From NCBI GenBank assembly GCA_038886995.1, contig JAWALG010000010.1:1-27744 (forward strand): DNA of 27,744 nt. Reading direction: 5' to 3'. The translations under genes were made by a program, and so were the position numbers. The notes under the pieces are model-generated. The model ran no database searches, had not been told where the DNA came from, and saw nothing but the letters and a program-made list of their open reading frames with translations. Of the stretch, positions 26,491 through 27,744 are shown piece by piece. The DNA comes from Candidatus Iainarchaeum sp. GTDB lineage: Archaea; Iainarchaeota; Iainarchaeia; Iainarchaeales; DTGL01. Each line of letters opens with the position of its first letter. Positions within the stretch are counted from its first letter, which is position 1.

Positions 26491-27744
26491 ATGAAGGAGA
26501 TTTTGCTTGGTTGTGAAGCAGTGGCTTTAGGTGCATTACATGCTGGCATTTCTGCAGCATTTTCTTATCCCGGAACGCCAAGCACCGAAATAATGGAGTA
26601 CTTGCTAGATAAAAAGGAAAAATATTCTATAAATGCGGAATGGTGCTCAAACGAAAAGACAGCTTATGAGGCAGCCTTGGGTGCATCTTTTGCAGGTCGC
26701 AGGGCTCTTGTTTCAATGAAGCATGTTGGCCTTAATGTTGCAATGGACCCATTTGTGAATTCAGCAATATCTGGTGTGAAAGGTGGCTTAGTTATTGCAG
26801 TAGCTGATGACCCAAGTATGCATTCCTCACAGAATGAGCAGGACTCAAGATATCTGGCAGATTTTGCAAAGGTTTTTGTTTTTGAACCAGCTGATGCCCA
26901 AGAAGCATATGATATGACACTAAAAGCTTTTGATGTTTCTGAAAAATTTGGCTTACCTGTAATGGTGCGCCTAGTTACAAGGGTGTCACACACAAGGGAA
27001 GCAGTAACAACCGGAGAACCAAGGGCACAGAATGTTTTGGATAAGAAGATGCCTTGCAAAGAATGGGTTCTTTTGCCTGGAAACGCACGCCAACAATTCA
27101 AAAAGCTTCTTGAGAAGCAAAAAGACCTGCTTCAGGAATCAGAAGCTAGCGCTTTTAACAAAGTCATAACAAAAAAAGCATCAAGCTGTGCAATTTGTTC
27201 AGGGCTTGCTTTTAATTACTTTATGGAGGTTACTGGCGGCAAAATACCTTACTTTAAGGTCTCTACATATCCATTGCCGGTTGGCAGAATAAAACAGTTC
27301 ACAAGAGCATACAAGAAAATCTATGTCTTTGAAGAAGGATATCCCTTCCTTGAAGAAAAGCTTCAAGCTTTACTTCCAGGCAAAAAGATCATGGGCAAGT
27401 TGTCAGGTGATGTTCAAAGGACTGGTGAGCTTAATTGCGAGATAGTAAAAAGAGCACTTGGCAAAAAATTAATGCAGGGTAAAAAATTATCAATTGATTT
27501 GCCACCGAGGCCACCACAGCCATGTGCCGGCTGTCCACATGTTGATCTCTACAAAGCTTTAAATGAGGCGAAAAGCTCAGAAGATATTATGGTTTTTGGT
27601 GATATTGGGTGCTATACCCTAGGTGCGCTTGAGCCGCTGAAAGCAATTGGAAGTTGCATCTGCATGGGGGCTTCAGTAAATACTGCAAGAGGCGCTTCCA
27701 TTGCTGGGGCTAATCCGACAGTTGCAATAATAGGCGACTCGACT
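26491..27744 (+). CDS. iorA: Indolepyruvate:ferredoxin oxidoreductase alpha subunit (3'-truncated by window edge)
   Basis: Not in ORF track because no stop falls within the window. Reads MKEILLGCEAVALGA...YPGTPSTEI...EWCSNEK...MKHVGLNVA.DP...DDPSMHSSQNEQDSR...RPPQPCAGCPH...GDIGCYTLG...CMGAS...IGDST. Confidence 0.95.
   Translation, partial: MKEILLGCEAVALGALHAGISAAFSYPGTPSTEIMEYLLDKKEKYSINAEWCSNEKTAYEAALGASFAGRRALVSMKHVGLNVAMDPFVNSAISGVKGGLVIAVADDPSMHSSQNEQDSRYLADFAKVFVFEPADAQEAYDMTLKAFDVSEKFGLPVMVRLVTRVSHTREAVTTGEPRAQNVLDKKMPCKEWVLLPGNARQQFKKLLEKQKDLLQESEASAFNKVITKKASSCAICSGLAFNYFMEVTGGKIPYFKVSTYPLPVGRIKQFTRAYKKIYVFEEGYPFLEEKLQALLPGKKIMGKLSGDVQRTGELNCEIVKRALGKKLMQGKKLSIDLPPRPPQPCAGCPHVDLYKALNEAKSSEDIMVFGDIGCYTLGALEPLKAIGSCICMGASVNTARGASIAGANPTVAIIGDST

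Noticed and set aside
26664-27101. 145-aa minus-strand ORF
   Set aside because: Antisense to iorA, which is strongly supported on the plus strand.

Overview
Chromosomal window from an archaeon. Evidence: BRE/TATA-type promoters, GGAGGTGA-type Shine-Dalgarno sites, oligo-T terminators and a canonical box C/D guide RNA. A DPANN-type lineage is plausible but cannot be proven from this window. From left to right it contains the 3' end of a PspC-domain gene, upp, a frameshifted Cys-rich membrane protein gene, an AlaA-type aminotransferase, an unannotated 55-aa glycine-rich membrane protein and a box C/D sRNA (2971-3032, minus strand). A long minus-strand block of envelope genes follows: two bacterial-PH-domain (YdbS/YdbT-like) proteins, DUF2207, an MFS-like cassette, an ABC-2 exporter, a secreted helical protein and a membrane-anchored HTH regulator, with three candidate operator sites. 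After that come a YhaM-like nuclease, a P2-type ATPase, GT4 and GT2 glycosyltransferases, an HpnJ-like B12 radical SAM enzyme and a ~3.7-kb gingipain (C25)-like surface protease gene broken by a frameshift and an in-frame stop. The window ends with a plus-strand Mpv17-like / aminotransferase / iorA cluster that runs off the right edge. Two genes appear to start at ATA behind strong SD sites. No CRISPR array, tRNA, rRNA, transposase, integrase or reverse transcriptase was recognised. All family assignments come from motif recognition by eye, not database searches.
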